Below are positions 8,888 through 17,675 of a stretch of 32,000 bases of DNA, piece by piece. Under the pieces are notes generated by a model, which saw nothing but the letters and a program-made list of their open reading frames with translations, was not told the origin of the DNA and did no database searches. The position numbers and the translations under genes are program-made. Location of the stretch: positions 20,806 through 52,805 of the forward strand of contig JAITRB010000008.1 in the NCBI GenBank assembly GCA_031288595.1, given 5' to 3'. This DNA comes from Puniceicoccales bacterium. Its GTDB lineage: Bacteria > Verrucomicrobiota > Verrucomicrobiia > Opitutales > JAIRLG01. Positions within the stretch are counted from its first letter, which is position 1. Each line of letters starts with the position of its first letter.

Positions 8888-10050
8888 GTGCAGCCGAGGA
8901 TTATTACGGGCTCCTGGGGGTATCCAAAACGGCGACGGAGGACGAGATCAAGAAGGCCTATCGGAAGATGGCCGTCAAATACCATCCGGATAAGAACCCG
9001 GGCGACAAGAATGCCGAGGAGAAGTTCAAGAAGATCTCAGCGGCCTATGAGGTACTCCATGACCCATCCAAACGCGCGGCCTATGACCGTTACGGAGCGG
9101 CGGCCTTCGATCCCCAGTCAGGTGGCATGGGCGGAGCGACCCGAGGAGGATTTCAGGGAAGCTTTCACCAGGAATTCGGAGGATTCTCCAATCCTTTTGA
9201 TATTTTCCGCGAGGTCTTCGGCGGGGGCATCGGCGAGTTCTTCGGCGGCGGCCGTTCCCACCGCAGTGGCTCCCGCTCCTCATCCGGAGCTGACCTGCGC
9301 TACGACCTGGAAATCACGCTCCTGGAGGCCTTTCGTGGGGTCGAGAAGACCCTAAGTTACCACCGCCATGTGGCTTGTACCCATTGCCATGGCAGTGGGG
9401 CGGAGAAGGGCTCTTCGCGTACTACCTGCGCGACCTGTCGAGGTTCGGGCTGTGTCACGACCTCCCAGGGCTACATGACGATTCAGCAGAGCTGCCCGCG
9501 CTGCCAGGGTCAGGGAGTGGTGATCGAAAAGCCCTGTCCGCACTGCTACGGCGAGGGAAGGGTCGTGGAGTCGACGACGACGAAGGTTCGGGTACCGGCC
9601 GGGATCGATTCCGGCATGCAGCTGCGCCTAGCAGGCTTCGGCGAGGTTGGGGAGCAGGGTGGGACTGCGGGCCATCTCTATGTGCGGGTAGAGCTAAAGG
9701 AGGACAAGCATTTCGAACGCCATGGAAATGACCTGCACTGCCGCGTGTCTCTGCCCTTTTCTTTACTGGTTCTCGGCGGCGAGACGAATATCGATACCAT
9801 CGACGGCCAGGCGATTTTGAAAATTCCGGCCGGCACGCAGGCCGAGAGCGTCCTGCGCGTCCGTGGGCAGGGAATGCCCATTCTCGAGCAGGGCGGTGCT
9901 CGGGGAGACCAGCTCGTCCACGTCGCCGTCGAGGTGCCGAAGAAATTGACCCATGAGCAGCGGGAAAAGCTAGAGGCCTTCGCCCAGGCCTGCAGCTCCT
10001 CTTCTAAAAGTAGCTTCTTCGACCGCCTCCGCGGCAGCTTCGGCCTCTGA
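8884..10050 (+). CDS. dnaJ: Molecular chaperone DnaJ (type I: J domain, G/F region, four CxxCxGxG repeats)
   Basis: ORF track. DYYGLLGV...YHPDKNPGD carries the HPD motif. The four zinc repeats are [24 protein letters not shown] and CPHCYGEG. Confidence 0.95.
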   Translation: MSAAEDYYGLLGVSKTATEDEIKKAYRKMAVKYHPDKNPGDKNAEEKFKKISAAYEVLHDPSKRAAYDRYGAAAFDPQSGGMGGATRGGFQGSFHQEFGGFSNPFDIFREVFGGGIGEFFGGGRSHRSGSRSSSGADLRYDLEITLLEAFRGVEKTLSYHRHVACTHCHGSGAEKGSSRTTCATCRGSGCVTTSQGYMTIQQSCPRCQGQGVVIEKPCPHCYGEGRVVESTTTKVRVPAGIDSGMQLRLAGFGEVGEQGGTAGHLYVRVELKEDKHFERHGNDLHCRVSLPFSLLVLGGETNIDTIDGQAILKIPAGTQAESVLRVRGQGMPILEQGGARGDQLVHVAVEVPKKLTHEQREKLEAFAQACSSSSKSSFFDRLRGSFGL

Positions 10051-10107
10051 GACCGGGTTAGGGGAGAGATCCTGCTCCATGGGAGATCTTGCTTCTTTCA
10101 AGGGGGC

Positions 10108-10201
10108 GCTGTCTTTGGATTCCGGAGGAATCAGCCCGCTGCGCGGGCTCCAAGGGGAGAAAAAGGAAAAACTTTCCTTTTTCTCCCCTTGCAAAGACAG
10201 C
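10108..10201 (-). repeat. Four-way-junction intergenic repeat, copy R3 (inverted orientation)
   Basis: Closing stem GCTGTCTTTG 10108-10117 / CAAAGACAGC 10192-10201. Arm3 GATTCC-gga-GGAATC 10118-10132. Arm2 AGCCCGC-tgc-GCGGGCT 10133-10149. Long arm GGGGAGAAAAAGGAAA 10154-10169 / TTTCCTTTTTCTCCCC 10173-10188 (16 bp, perfect, polypurine/polypyrimidine). Confidence 0.88.
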
Positions 10202-10241
10202 AAAAAAATAGCCCTAGAGATACTTTTCCCCCGAGAAAGAC

Positions 10242-10934
10242 TCAGGCCATCGCCGGCAGGACGAGTTGCTTCTGAACGGCTGCCGCGAGTTCGCGAATTT
10301 CCCCTAGGGTTTCACCCATAGATTCCGTTTCTTTTCCGAGATCGAGGTAGCTCTGTTCCGCTTCATTCAGAAGAGACAGCGCGCGCTCGAAGTGCTGCGC
10401 ATCCCTGTGACATTCGGCCGCAGATAGCAACAAAATTGGATTTTTGGGAAAGAGATTGATGAGGAAGTCGTAGATTTTTGCAGCGGCCCCGATATCCTCG
10501 TTAGCCAGATCCTCCGCCAACATCACGTAGGCATAGAGATTGGGCTGTCCGTCGTTGGAAAAAAGGGACAGCCATTGGAACAGCTTTCCCGATAGCTCCG
10601 CCTTTCCCTGCTGCAGCAGGGCCTCTGCTTCCTGCTCCAGAGCGGACACCTCTTCCTCGGAAAGGGACTGAAGCGCGGCCTCTATTCCTTCCCTTTCGAG
10701 AACCTGGAAAATCTTAAGGCCGATGCTTTGGAATTCCTCCTGCCGCAGAAGGTGCTGCCAGGCATCCCGATAGGCGCGTTGCGACTGTTCCAGGGCCCTT
10801 TGCAGAGCCGGCTCTTCCTTTTCCGGAAGGGGGATTCTCCGCAGCATAGCCTCGATCCCAACCCCAAAGGCCTCCATTAGCTCCTCCCAGTTCGCCTCCC
10901 CATCGTGCCCAGGTTCCCCTTTTTCCCTATCCAT
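10242..10934 (-). CDS. Hypothetical acidic helical-repeat (TPR-like) protein; start uncertain (ATG 10934, or ATG 10877 which is preceded by GGGAGGAG)
   Basis: ORF track 10242..11132, but its first 66 codons run through repeat R4 and were trimmed. The C-terminal half (LYAYVMLAEDLANEDIGAAAKIYDFLINLFPKNPILLLSAAECHRDAQHFERALSLLNEAEQ) has a TPR-like helical-hairpin character. Confidence 0.55.
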   Translation of the reverse strand: MDREKGEPGHDGEANWEELMEAFGVGIEAMLRRIPLPEKEEPALQRALEQSQRAYRDAWQHLLRQEEFQSIGLKIFQVLEREGIEAALQSLSEEEVSALEQEAEALLQQGKAELSGKLFQWLSLFSNDGQPNLYAYVMLAEDLANEDIGAAAKIYDFLINLFPKNPILLLSAAECHRDAQHFERALSLLNEAEQSYLDLGKETESMGETLGEIRELAAAVQKQLVLPAMA

Positions 10935-11040
10935 AACGGAGATGGATTCTAGAAAAAATGTTCGTTCTTGGCAAAGTAAAAATGGAGAGATGCGTCGGGG
11001 TCGATGGGACAGGAGAAATAGAGAGGGATAAGGGAAGCTT

Positions 11041-11128
11041 TCCCGCTGTCTTGGAATCCCTTTGGGATTCGCCCGCTTCGCGGGCCGCAGGGAGGCCGCT
11101 CCGCGGCCTCCCTGCCAAGACAGCGGGA
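11041..11128 (-). repeat. Four-way-junction intergenic repeat, copy R4 (inverted orientation)
   Basis: Closing stem TCCCGCTGTCTTGG 11041-11054 / CCAAGACAGCGGGA 11115-11128 (14 bp, perfect). Arm3 AATCCC-ttt-GGGATT 11055-11069. Arm2 GCCCGC-ttc-GCGGGC 11071-11085. Long arm CAGGGAGGCCGC 11088-11099 / GCGGCCTCCCTG 11103-11114. Confidence 0.88.
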
Positions 11129-11173
11129 ACACAGCAAGCCCGGAGGATCCGTGGGGCTGGGGGATACCAACCC

Positions 11174-13741
11174 TCAGGCATTTGGGTGCTCGGAGAACCA
11201 GTCCATCTGCTCCACTTCACCGGAGACTGGAGCTCTGCTGTGGGACCGGCTGCGTTTCTGGGAGAGCAGGTGCTGCAGGAGAGTCCCTCCGTTCTCCAGT
11301 TCATGGAGGATCTCTTGGGCCCGGGCGATAACCGGTGCGGGCAGGCCAGCCAGACGGGCCACCTGGATGCCGTAGGAGCGGTCGGCGAAACCCGGAATGA
11401 CCTGGCGCAGGAAGATAATCTCCTCCTGCCACTCCTTCACCGTAACCCGGTAATTCTTGAGCCTCGGTAGGGAATGTTCCAGTATGGTCAATTCGTGGTA
11501 ATGCGTCGCGAAAAGCGTTTTGGGACCGGCCTCAGCAGCGCCGTGCAGGTACTCTGCCACCGACCAGGCAAGGCTCAGACCGTCGTAGGTGCTCGTTCCT
11601 CGGCCGATTTCGTCGAGGATCACGAGGCTTCTGGGCGAGGCGTAGTGCAGGATATTGGCGGTTTCCAGCATTTCCACCATGAAGGTCGAATGGCCATGGA
11701 TGAGATCATCGCTGGCTCCCACGCGGGAAAAGATGCGGTCCAGCAGGCCGATGCGGCAGCGGCTGGCGGGGACCCAGGAGCCGAGATGGGCCATGAAGGC
11801 GATGAGGGCCACCTGGCGGATATAGGTCGATTTCCCGGCCATGTTGGGTCCCGTGATCAGCGCCACCTGTGCCGATGAAGACGAGAGGTGGGTGTCGTTG
11901 GGGATGAAGGCCGAGGATTGGGTCTGATCTTCCGAGAGAATCTGCTCCACGACCGGATGCCGGCCTTCGACGATCTCCAGCCAGTCGGATGAGTCGATCT
12001 CCGGGCAGCTATAGCGCCTCTCCCGGGCCAGGACTGCCCAGGCGCAGAGGAGGTCGATCTCCGCGGTGACGTGGGCGACCCCATGCAAGGTCCTTGCATA
12101 GGGTTCCAGTGCTTCCAATAGCTCGGCGAAGTGCCGCTGCTCCAGCCGAAGCATTTCGTCCCGGGCATGGAAGATCTCCCGCTCCTTCTCCCGCAGGTCT
12201 TCCGTGGTATAGCGCTCTGCCCCCACCATCGTCTGGCGCCGGATATAGTGTGGAGGGACGAGGGCCAGATTGGCCTTAGTGATCTCGATGAAGTAGCCGA
12301 AATGATGATTGTAGCGGATGCGCAGGCTGCGGATCCCCGTCTTTCGCTGCTCCTCCATCTCCAGCGCCTGCAGCCAAGTCTGCTGGTGCTCGGTGATCTC
12401 GCGCAGATGGTCCAGAGAAGCGTCGTAGCCCTCGCGGATGAAACCGCCCTCCGAAGTATTCGGGGGCAGCTCATCCCTCAAGGCCCGGGACAGGAGGGAC
12501 TCCAGGGCCTCGAAGCCGGAAAAACTTCCCGCTAGGTTCTGGATTTTCTCGGAGCTGAAAGCCGAGAGCTGTTCTGCGATTTCCGGGAAGAGCCGGAGGC
12601 TCCGGAGCATCGCTCCCAGCTCCCGAGGGTTCGTCGTCCGGTGCTGGAGGCGCGTGAGTGTCCGCGGAATATCGCAGAGCGTCCGCAGGGATTCCTGCAG
12701 GGAACGCGTCTTTCTCTCCTCTTCGAGAAAGGCGGATACCAGGTCCTGTCGGCGCCGGATTTCCTCCAGGTGCAGCGGCGGGGTCATGAAATAGGACTCC
12801 AGCAGACGAGCCCCCATGCTGGTTTTTGTTCGATCCATCGCCTTTAGCAGCGAGCCTTCGCGCTTGCCGGCATAGCTGTGGAAGATTTCCAGATGCGACT
12901 GGGTGATCTTGTCCAGTACCAGAAAGTCCTGGATCCGGTACTCCTTGAGCGTGTACAGATTGTGAGGCGACTGGCGCAGGTTTTCGCGGGCGTAGCGGAT
13001 AAGGGCTGCCGCGGTGCCGAGGGCCGGATGTTCCGAGGAAATGCCGAAACCCAAGAGATTGGCAACCCCAAGAATTTCCTTCAGGAGCCCGTAGCCGGTC
13101 GCGCTGTCGAAGGCATAGGGAGAGATTTCCGAGCGCAGGATGGGACGGATGGCCTCCCGGAGCAGGGCCAGATTCTTCTCGTCGAGGAACTGTTCCCAGT
13201 CCTCCTCGGCCCGCTCGCTGAGAACGACTTCCGTCGCTCGCACGGTCTGAAATACGGCCAGGAAGGATTGAAAATCCTGAGCCGTAAAGAGGGAAAAATT
13301 TCCCGTAGATATCTCGAGCCAGGCGAGCTGAAAGCCATTTTTTTCGATGGAAAAAGCGCCCAGGAATCGGTTGTGCCCGGCCTCCAGATGTTGGTCCTCG
13401 ATGGTCGTCCCCGGGGAGAGGATGCGCGTGATCTCCCGCCGGACGAGCTTGCCCGACTGCGGATTTTCCAACTGGTCGCAGATGGCGATCTTATAACCGC
13501 CGTTGAGCACCTTGGCGATATAGGTCTCGGCCGCGTGGAAGGGAATACCGGCCATGGGGGTTGTCTGGCGCTGGGTCAGAGTGATCCCCAGGAGCCGCGA
13601 GCCGATCTCGGCATCCTCGCCGAACATCTCGTAAAAATCGCCCAGGCGGAAGAAGAGCAGGGTTCGTGGCGGCAGAGAGCGGCGGATTTCCCAGTATTGC
13701 CGCATCATGGGTGTCAGAGGGTCGGGATCAGCGGACTGCAT
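11174..13741 (-). CDS. mutS: DNA mismatch repair protein MutS
   Basis: ORF track, 855 aa. N-terminal TPMMRQYWEIRR, Walker A GPNMAGKSTYIRQ, and DEIGRGTSTYDG. ATG at 13741-13739. Confidence 0.96.
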   Translation of the reverse strand: MQSADPDPLTPMMRQYWEIRRSLPPRTLLFFRLGDFYEMFGEDAEIGSRLLGITLTQRQTTPMAGIPFHAAETYIAKVLNGGYKIAICDQLENPQSGKLVRREITRILSPGTTIEDQHLEAGHNRFLGAFSIEKNGFQLAWLEISTGNFSLFTAQDFQSFLAVFQTVRATEVVLSERAEEDWEQFLDEKNLALLREAIRPILRSEISPYAFDSATGYGLLKEILGVANLLGFGISSEHPALGTAAALIRYARENLRQSPHNLYTLKEYRIQDFLVLDKITQSHLEIFHSYAGKREGSLLKAMDRTKTSMGARLLESYFMTPPLHLEEIRRRQDLVSAFLEEERKTRSLQESLRTLCDIPRTLTRLQHRTTNPRELGAMLRSLRLFPEIAEQLSAFSSEKIQNLAGSFSGFEALESLLSRALRDELPPNTSEGGFIREGYDASLDHLREITEHQQTWLQALEMEEQRKTGIRSLRIRYNHHFGYFIEITKANLALVPPHYIRRQTMVGAERYTTEDLREKEREIFHARDEMLRLEQRHFAELLEALEPYARTLHGVAHVTAEIDLLCAWAVLARERRYSCPEIDSSDWLEIVEGRHPVVEQILSEDQTQSSAFIPNDTHLSSSSAQVALITGPNMAGKSTYIRQVALIAFMAHLGSWVPASRCRIGLLDRIFSRVGASDDLIHGHSTFMVEMLETANILHYASPRSLVILDEIGRGTSTYDGLSLAWSVAEYLHGAAEAGPKTLFATHYHELTILEHSLPRLKNYRVTVKEWQEEIIFLRQVIPGFADRSYGIQVARLAGLPAPVIARAQEILHELENGGTLLQHLLSQKRSRSHSRAPVSGEVEQMDWFSEHPNA

Positions 13742-13766
13742 CTTGAATGTCCTCGACGGGAGATTT

Positions 13767-14231
13767 TTAGGGAGACTTCGTCCCTTCCTCCTCTAAACAG
13801 GCGATCTGTAGCCGTCCAAAGCCGCTGCGTTTGGCCATGGCGCTTACCTGACACAGGATACCGACAGACAGGTCTTTGTCCGGACGCAGAAGCAGAGTGG
13901 CGGGGCGAAGGGTGTGCTGTGAGAGGAAATAACGCAGGGCTCCTTCCAGAGTCTTCAGGGTGAGAATCTGGCCGTCGAAAAAAAAGAGCTGATCATTCGA
14001 CAAGGTCAGAACGCCCAGAGTCGGCGCGGCTGACAGCGGGCCCGGGAGCTGGGGCAAGGCCACATTCATTCCCGGAGAGAGGATGAAGCGGGAGCTCAAG
14101 AGAGAAAAGGCGAAGATGAAGAATCCCACATTAGCTATGGCCCAGAAGTCCAGCCAATGCTCCGGCGGCGGCAGATGGCTGTGCCGGATAAAGGTGGATA
14201 TTTTCATGGCATGAGCTCTTTCACGCTTCAT
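13767..14231 (-). CDS. exbD: ExbD/TolR-family biopolymer transport protein
   Basis: ORF track 13767..14234 begins at a GTG; the ATG is at 14231-14229. It has a single N-terminal TM segment (WAIANVGFFIFAFSLLSS), is small, and sits immediately after an ExbB/TolQ-type gene with stop/start overlap (TGATG). Confidence 0.7.
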   Translation of the reverse strand: MKRERAHAMKISTFIRHSHLPPPEHWLDFWAIANVGFFIFAFSLLSSRFILSPGMNVALPQLPGPLSAAPTLGVLTLSNDQLFFFDGQILTLKTLEGALRYFLSQHTLRPATLLLRPDKDLSVGILCQVSAMAKRSGFGRLQIACLEEEGTKSP

Positions 14232-14941
14232 CACGCTTCACGGGGATCCACCGCGGCCTTCGACTCTTCTTGGCCCGAGTAGCGATTCGTGATCTGGAGG
14301 ATGTGGTGATAGGCCCATTCCATCTCCTGAATCAGGGCCCGGGAACGGCCGTGGAGGAAGTGGTAGAAGAGATTGGAAAAAACCGCGATGATGAGCCCCA
14401 CTGCGCTCAGCAGGATGCAGGAAAGGATGGGTTCGGCAAAGGCGTGGACTCCCGCATAGGCCCCGACCTGTTCCAGATACCGGAAAATATCCAGAAAGCC
14501 GAGCATCGTTCCCAGCAGGCCGACCAGAGGGGCGATTTTGGCGATGGCGCTCAGGGCGCCGATGCGGCGCTCATAGAGCGGCAGTTCCAGCAGTGCGCTG
14601 GCCTGGGTGTGTTGCTGGCGTTCCTCCGAAGAGTGGTGAAGGTGAACCAGTGCGGTTTTGGCGATATGAGCAATCGGATGGGCCGTTTCCTCGCAGAGCG
14701 TCAGCGCCTCGGCGAGCCGATTCTTCTGCAGCATATTTCTCAAGCCCTCGATGAAGCTCGTCGTCTGCAAGCAGCCCTGATGGAGAAAGAGAAAGCGTTC
14801 GAGGAAAAATACCAGCGAGAGCAGGCCCAGTAGCAGCATGAAGAACATGAGCCCGTGACCGATCCACAGGAACTGGACAAGCGTCATAGGCATCCTAGCA
14901 AAATTGCCCCTTGGGGCTTGTCGAAACATTTTCGCTCCCAT
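14231..14941 (-). CDS. exbB: MotA/TolQ/ExbB-family proton channel protein
   Basis: ORF track. It has three hydrophobic segments and the family motif region IAKIAPLVGLLGTMLGFLDIF. ATG at 14941-14939, with alternative downstream ATGs possible. Confidence 0.8.
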   Translation of the reverse strand: MGAKMFRQAPRGNFARMPMTLVQFLWIGHGLMFFMLLLGLLSLVFFLERFLFLHQGCLQTTSFIEGLRNMLQKNRLAEALTLCEETAHPIAHIAKTALVHLHHSSEERQQHTQASALLELPLYERRIGALSAIAKIAPLVGLLGTMLGFLDIFRYLEQVGAYAGVHAFAEPILSCILLSAVGLIIAVFSNLFYHFLHGRSRALIQEMEWAYHHILQITNRYSGQEESKAAVDPREA

Positions 14942-15003
14942 CCTTTCGTCTGTGAAAATTTTACTTGTCCGGAGTTGATTTCAAGTTTCCCTGGAGGGAA
15001 ACT

Positions 15004-15615
15004 ATGTTGGCGTCGATGGCTGTTCTGCCGATTTGCCTGCTGGGGAATCCTGTCCTTCGGAGCAAAGCCAGCGAGGTGAGCATCTTCGATGAGTCGAGGA
15101 AGACGCTTTATCGGCAGATGTTGGAGACGATGCGTCGGGCGGATGGCATCGGCATCGCCGCACAACAGGTGGCTTGGACGGAGCGGGTCTTCCTCATCGA
15201 TCTGGGCGCCGCGAGCACGCGGAGCGACCTCGTCGCTTCCTGCCGCTTCGATGGGCAATTGGTTTCGCCCAAAAGCCTCATGCCCCTGGTTTTTATCAAT
15301 CCCGTCATCACCGAATTTTCGGAAAAAAGGGCGGCCATGCTCGATGGCTGCCTCTCCATCTCCAAACTCTTCGGCTCCGTAGAGCGGGCATTGGCCGTGA
15401 GTATCCGCTTCTGGGATCCGGAAGGCAAGGAACATACCCTGAGCTGCGAAAGGCTCTTCGCCGAGTGTGTCCAACACGAGTTCGAACACCTGGATGGCAT
15501 CCTTTGGATCGACCATCTCGATGCCGCAGCGCGGGCGCGGCTCCGGCCACGGCTCGAGGCGATAGAGCGCCGAGGAAGGCAGCAGAAAATTTCCTCGCCC
15601 TTAGCTTTGCCGTAA
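15004..15615 (+). CDS. def: Peptide deformylase
   Basis: ORF track 14965..15615. The start was moved to ATG 15004, which is preceded by GGAGGGAAACT. Motifs present: GIGIAAQQV, DGCLSI and QHEFEHLDG (HExxH). Confidence 0.9.
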   Translation: MLASMAVLPICLLGNPVLRSKASEVSIFDESRKTLYRQMLETMRRADGIGIAAQQVAWTERVFLIDLGAASTRSDLVASCRFDGQLVSPKSLMPLVFINPVITEFSEKRAAMLDGCLSISKLFGSVERALAVSIRFWDPEGKEHTLSCERLFAECVQHEFEHLDGILWIDHLDAAARARLRPRLEAIERRGRQQKISSPLALP

Positions 15616-15655
15616 TCCCTCCGAGAGACCCGGCGCGGAGCAGGTCCCGCGATGC

Positions 15656-15756
15656 TTTCGCTGTCTTTGCAAGGAGGAGAGGAGGGATTCTTCCCTCCTC
15701 TCCTCCTTGTGGCCCGCTCTGCGGGCCGATTCCTTTGGAATCCAAAGACAGCGAAA
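15656..15756 (+). repeat. Four-way-junction intergenic repeat, copy R5
   Basis: Closing stem TTTCGCTGTCTTTG 15656-15669 / CAAAGACAGCGAAA 15743-15756 (14 bp). Long arm CAAGGAGGAGAGGAGGGA 15670-15687 / TCCCTCCTCTCCTCCTTG 15692-15709 (18 bp, perfect, polypurine). Arm2 GGCCCGC-tct-GCGGGCC 15711-15727. Arm3 GATTCC-ttt-GGAATC 15728-15742. Confidence 0.9.
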
Positions 15757-15876
15757 AGCCGCTGGCCGATTGCTCGAGTTCCCCGACCAGGTCGTCTGGC
15801 AAAAACGGAATGACTTTTAAACTGGCCTTCCGAGAGAAATACCCACATTGGCCACCGTCGCACGGACCTCACTCCC

Positions 15877-17571
15877 ATGACCAAGTTCTTCTCGCTGCTT
15901 GTGTTCGGCCTGACGGTCGTCTTCCTGGGCTGTTTCTTCCTATGGCCCATCTGGCAAATGCTGCAGGGCGGTTTCATCAACACCGACGGGCGCTTCACAC
16001 TGGGCTTCTTTCGCCTCGCCTTTGAAAACCCCATCTACGTCCGCGGTCTCTTGAATGCCATCACCTTCGCCGGCGCTTCGACCGCCGTGGCCCTGCTCAT
16101 CGCCCTGCCGCTGGCCTATTTCGCCGACCGCTACGAATTTCTCGGCAAACGCTTCTTCACAGGGATCATTCTACTGCCGCTGATCCTACCGCCCTTCGTC
16201 GGGGCCATCGGCGTGCAGCAGATTCTCGGAACCCATGGAACGCTCAATGCTGCTCTCATCCATCTCGGCTGGATGGATGCCGCACATCCCTACGACTGGC
16301 TCGGGCATTACAAATTCCTCGGCATGGTCATCCTAAACGCCCTCGGTCTATTCCCAGTACTCTACCTCAACCTGGTGGCAGCGCTGGCCAATCTCGACCC
16401 GTCCCTGGAAGAGGCAGCCGGCAGCCTCGGCTGCCGCGGCCTGCGGCGATTCTTCAAAATCACCTTCCCGCTGATGAGCCCGGGGATCTTTGCCGGTTGT
16501 ACACTGGCCTTCATCTGGTCCTTCACTGAACTAGGCATTCCGCTCATCTTCGACTATAACCGCATCCTGCCGGTGCAGATTTATTTCGGCCTGAAGGATA
16601 TCGGCAACAACCCTTTGCCCTATGCCCTCACCTCCATCATGCTGGTTTTTTCCGTCGCGTTCTACGCCGTCGGGAAGATCCTCTTCGGCCGCCACCACTT
16701 CGCCATGATGGCCCGAGCTACCCAGGTTTCCGGCCCGCGGAGAATTCCGTGGTGGAAACAGGGAGGCTGTGCGCTGCTCTTCGCCGGAGTTACCTTCGCT
16801 GCTCTCCTGCCCCACGCCGCCGTCGTCATCAAATCTTTTGCGGCGGATTGGTACAGCACGCTCCTACCCCAGTTCTGGACGGGACACAATTTTCAAATCG
16901 CCCTCGGGCACCCGCTGACCATTCCCGCCATTCGGAACAGCCTGCTCTATGCCAGTTGCGCCACCGGTGTCGCCCTCCTACTGGGCATTGCCGTCGCCTT
17001 CGTCGTCGTCCGGACAAAGCTACCGGGCCGACACATCTTGGACACCCTGACCATGTTGCCACTGGCAGTGCCGGGCCTCGTCATGGCCTTCGGTTATCTC
17101 TCCATGAGCCAAAGAGGACAGGCCTTTGCCTTCCTCAATCCCGTCGAAAACCCGACTGTGTTGCTGATCATCGCCTATGCGGTGCGCAAGCTGCCCTTTA
17201 TGGTCCGCTCCGCCGTTGCCGGCCTACAGCAGACGAGCATCAGTTACGAGGAGGCAGCCCAGAGCCTCGGCTGTCCGCCGCTGAGGGCGAGTTTGAAGAT
17301 CACGCTGCCGCTCGTCATGGCCAACCTCACCGCCGGAGGGCTCCTGGTCTTTTCCCAGACCATGTTGGAAGTATCCGATTCGATCATCCTAGCCCAGAAG
17401 CAACAGTTCTATCCCATCACCAAGGCCATCTACGAGCTGCTGCACACCCTCGCCGATGGGCCCTATCTGGCCTGTGCCCTTGGGGTCTGGGCAATGCTCT
17501 TCCTGGGCATCACCATCCTCGGCCTCTCTTCTCTCCTTGGCAAGAACCTCGGCAGCATCTTTCGGGTATAG
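15877..17571 (+). CDS. ABC transporter permease with two tandem binding-protein-dependent transport domains (iron(III)/thiamine-type FbpB/ThiP-like architecture)
   Basis: ORF track, 564 aa with about 12 hydrophobic segments. There are two EAA-loop motifs: LEEAAGSLGCRGLRRFFKITFPL and YEEAAQSLGCPPLRASLKITLPL. No ATPase or binding-protein gene is adjacent in the window. Confidence 0.85.
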   Translation: MTKFFSLLVFGLTVVFLGCFFLWPIWQMLQGGFINTDGRFTLGFFRLAFENPIYVRGLLNAITFAGASTAVALLIALPLAYFADRYEFLGKRFFTGIILLPLILPPFVGAIGVQQILGTHGTLNAALIHLGWMDAAHPYDWLGHYKFLGMVILNALGLFPVLYLNLVAALANLDPSLEEAAGSLGCRGLRRFFKITFPLMSPGIFAGCTLAFIWSFTELGIPLIFDYNRILPVQIYFGLKDIGNNPLPYALTSIMLVFSVAFYAVGKILFGRHHFAMMARATQVSGPRRIPWWKQGGCALLFAGVTFAALLPHAAVVIKSFAADWYSTLLPQFWTGHNFQIALGHPLTIPAIRNSLLYASCATGVALLLGIAVAFVVVRTKLPGRHILDTLTMLPLAVPGLVMAFGYLSMSQRGQAFAFLNPVENPTVLLIIAYAVRKLPFMVRSAVAGLQQTSISYEEAAQSLGCPPLRASLKITLPLVMANLTAGGLLVFSQTMLEVSDSIILAQKQQFYPITKAIYELLHTLADGPYLACALGVWAMLFLGITILGLSSLLGKNLGSIFRV

Positions 17572-17675
17572 GGGAAGTACCCCTTCACGAGCCTTCTGAT
17601 CAGTCCATAAAGGCTGAGTCTCTAGGCTGCCTAAGGAATGGCGATGGGGGCTCCCCACAGCTTCCGGCTATCTCG

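Noticed and set aside
10935-11132. N-terminal extensions of ORF-track entries that read through repeat copies: 10242..11132 through R4, 29727..29861 of priA through R8, and 24035..24115 of the pseudopilin gene.
   Set aside because: The extended segments translate the palindromic repeat. Downstream in-frame ATGs give N-termini that match the expected protein families, and 24116 and 10877 are preceded by Shine-Dalgarno-like sequences.
12878-13963. 361-aa + strand ORF antisense to mutS. Similar long antisense or out-of-frame ORFs occur at 5473..6372 (antisense to leuS), 3106..4005 (overlapping rpsB), 27544..28428 (in murCB), 30099..30791 and 31263..31898 (antisense to priA), 14270..14833 (antisense to exbB) and 14884..15516 (antisense to def).
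   Set aside because: Each lies entirely within a gene that has strong family motifs on the other strand or in another frame. Their products are Arg/Gly/Pro/Ala-rich with no recognisable motifs, which is typical of spurious open frames in GC-rich DNA.
15108-16034. 308-aa minus-strand ORF and 283-aa plus-strand ORF (15174..16025) spanning def, repeat R5 and the permease start. Also the 342-aa ORF 16749..17777 inside and beyond the permease.
   Set aside because: They cross a clearly non-coding structured repeat and overlap well-supported genes out of frame. Their composition is low-complexity Arg/Pro/Ser-rich.
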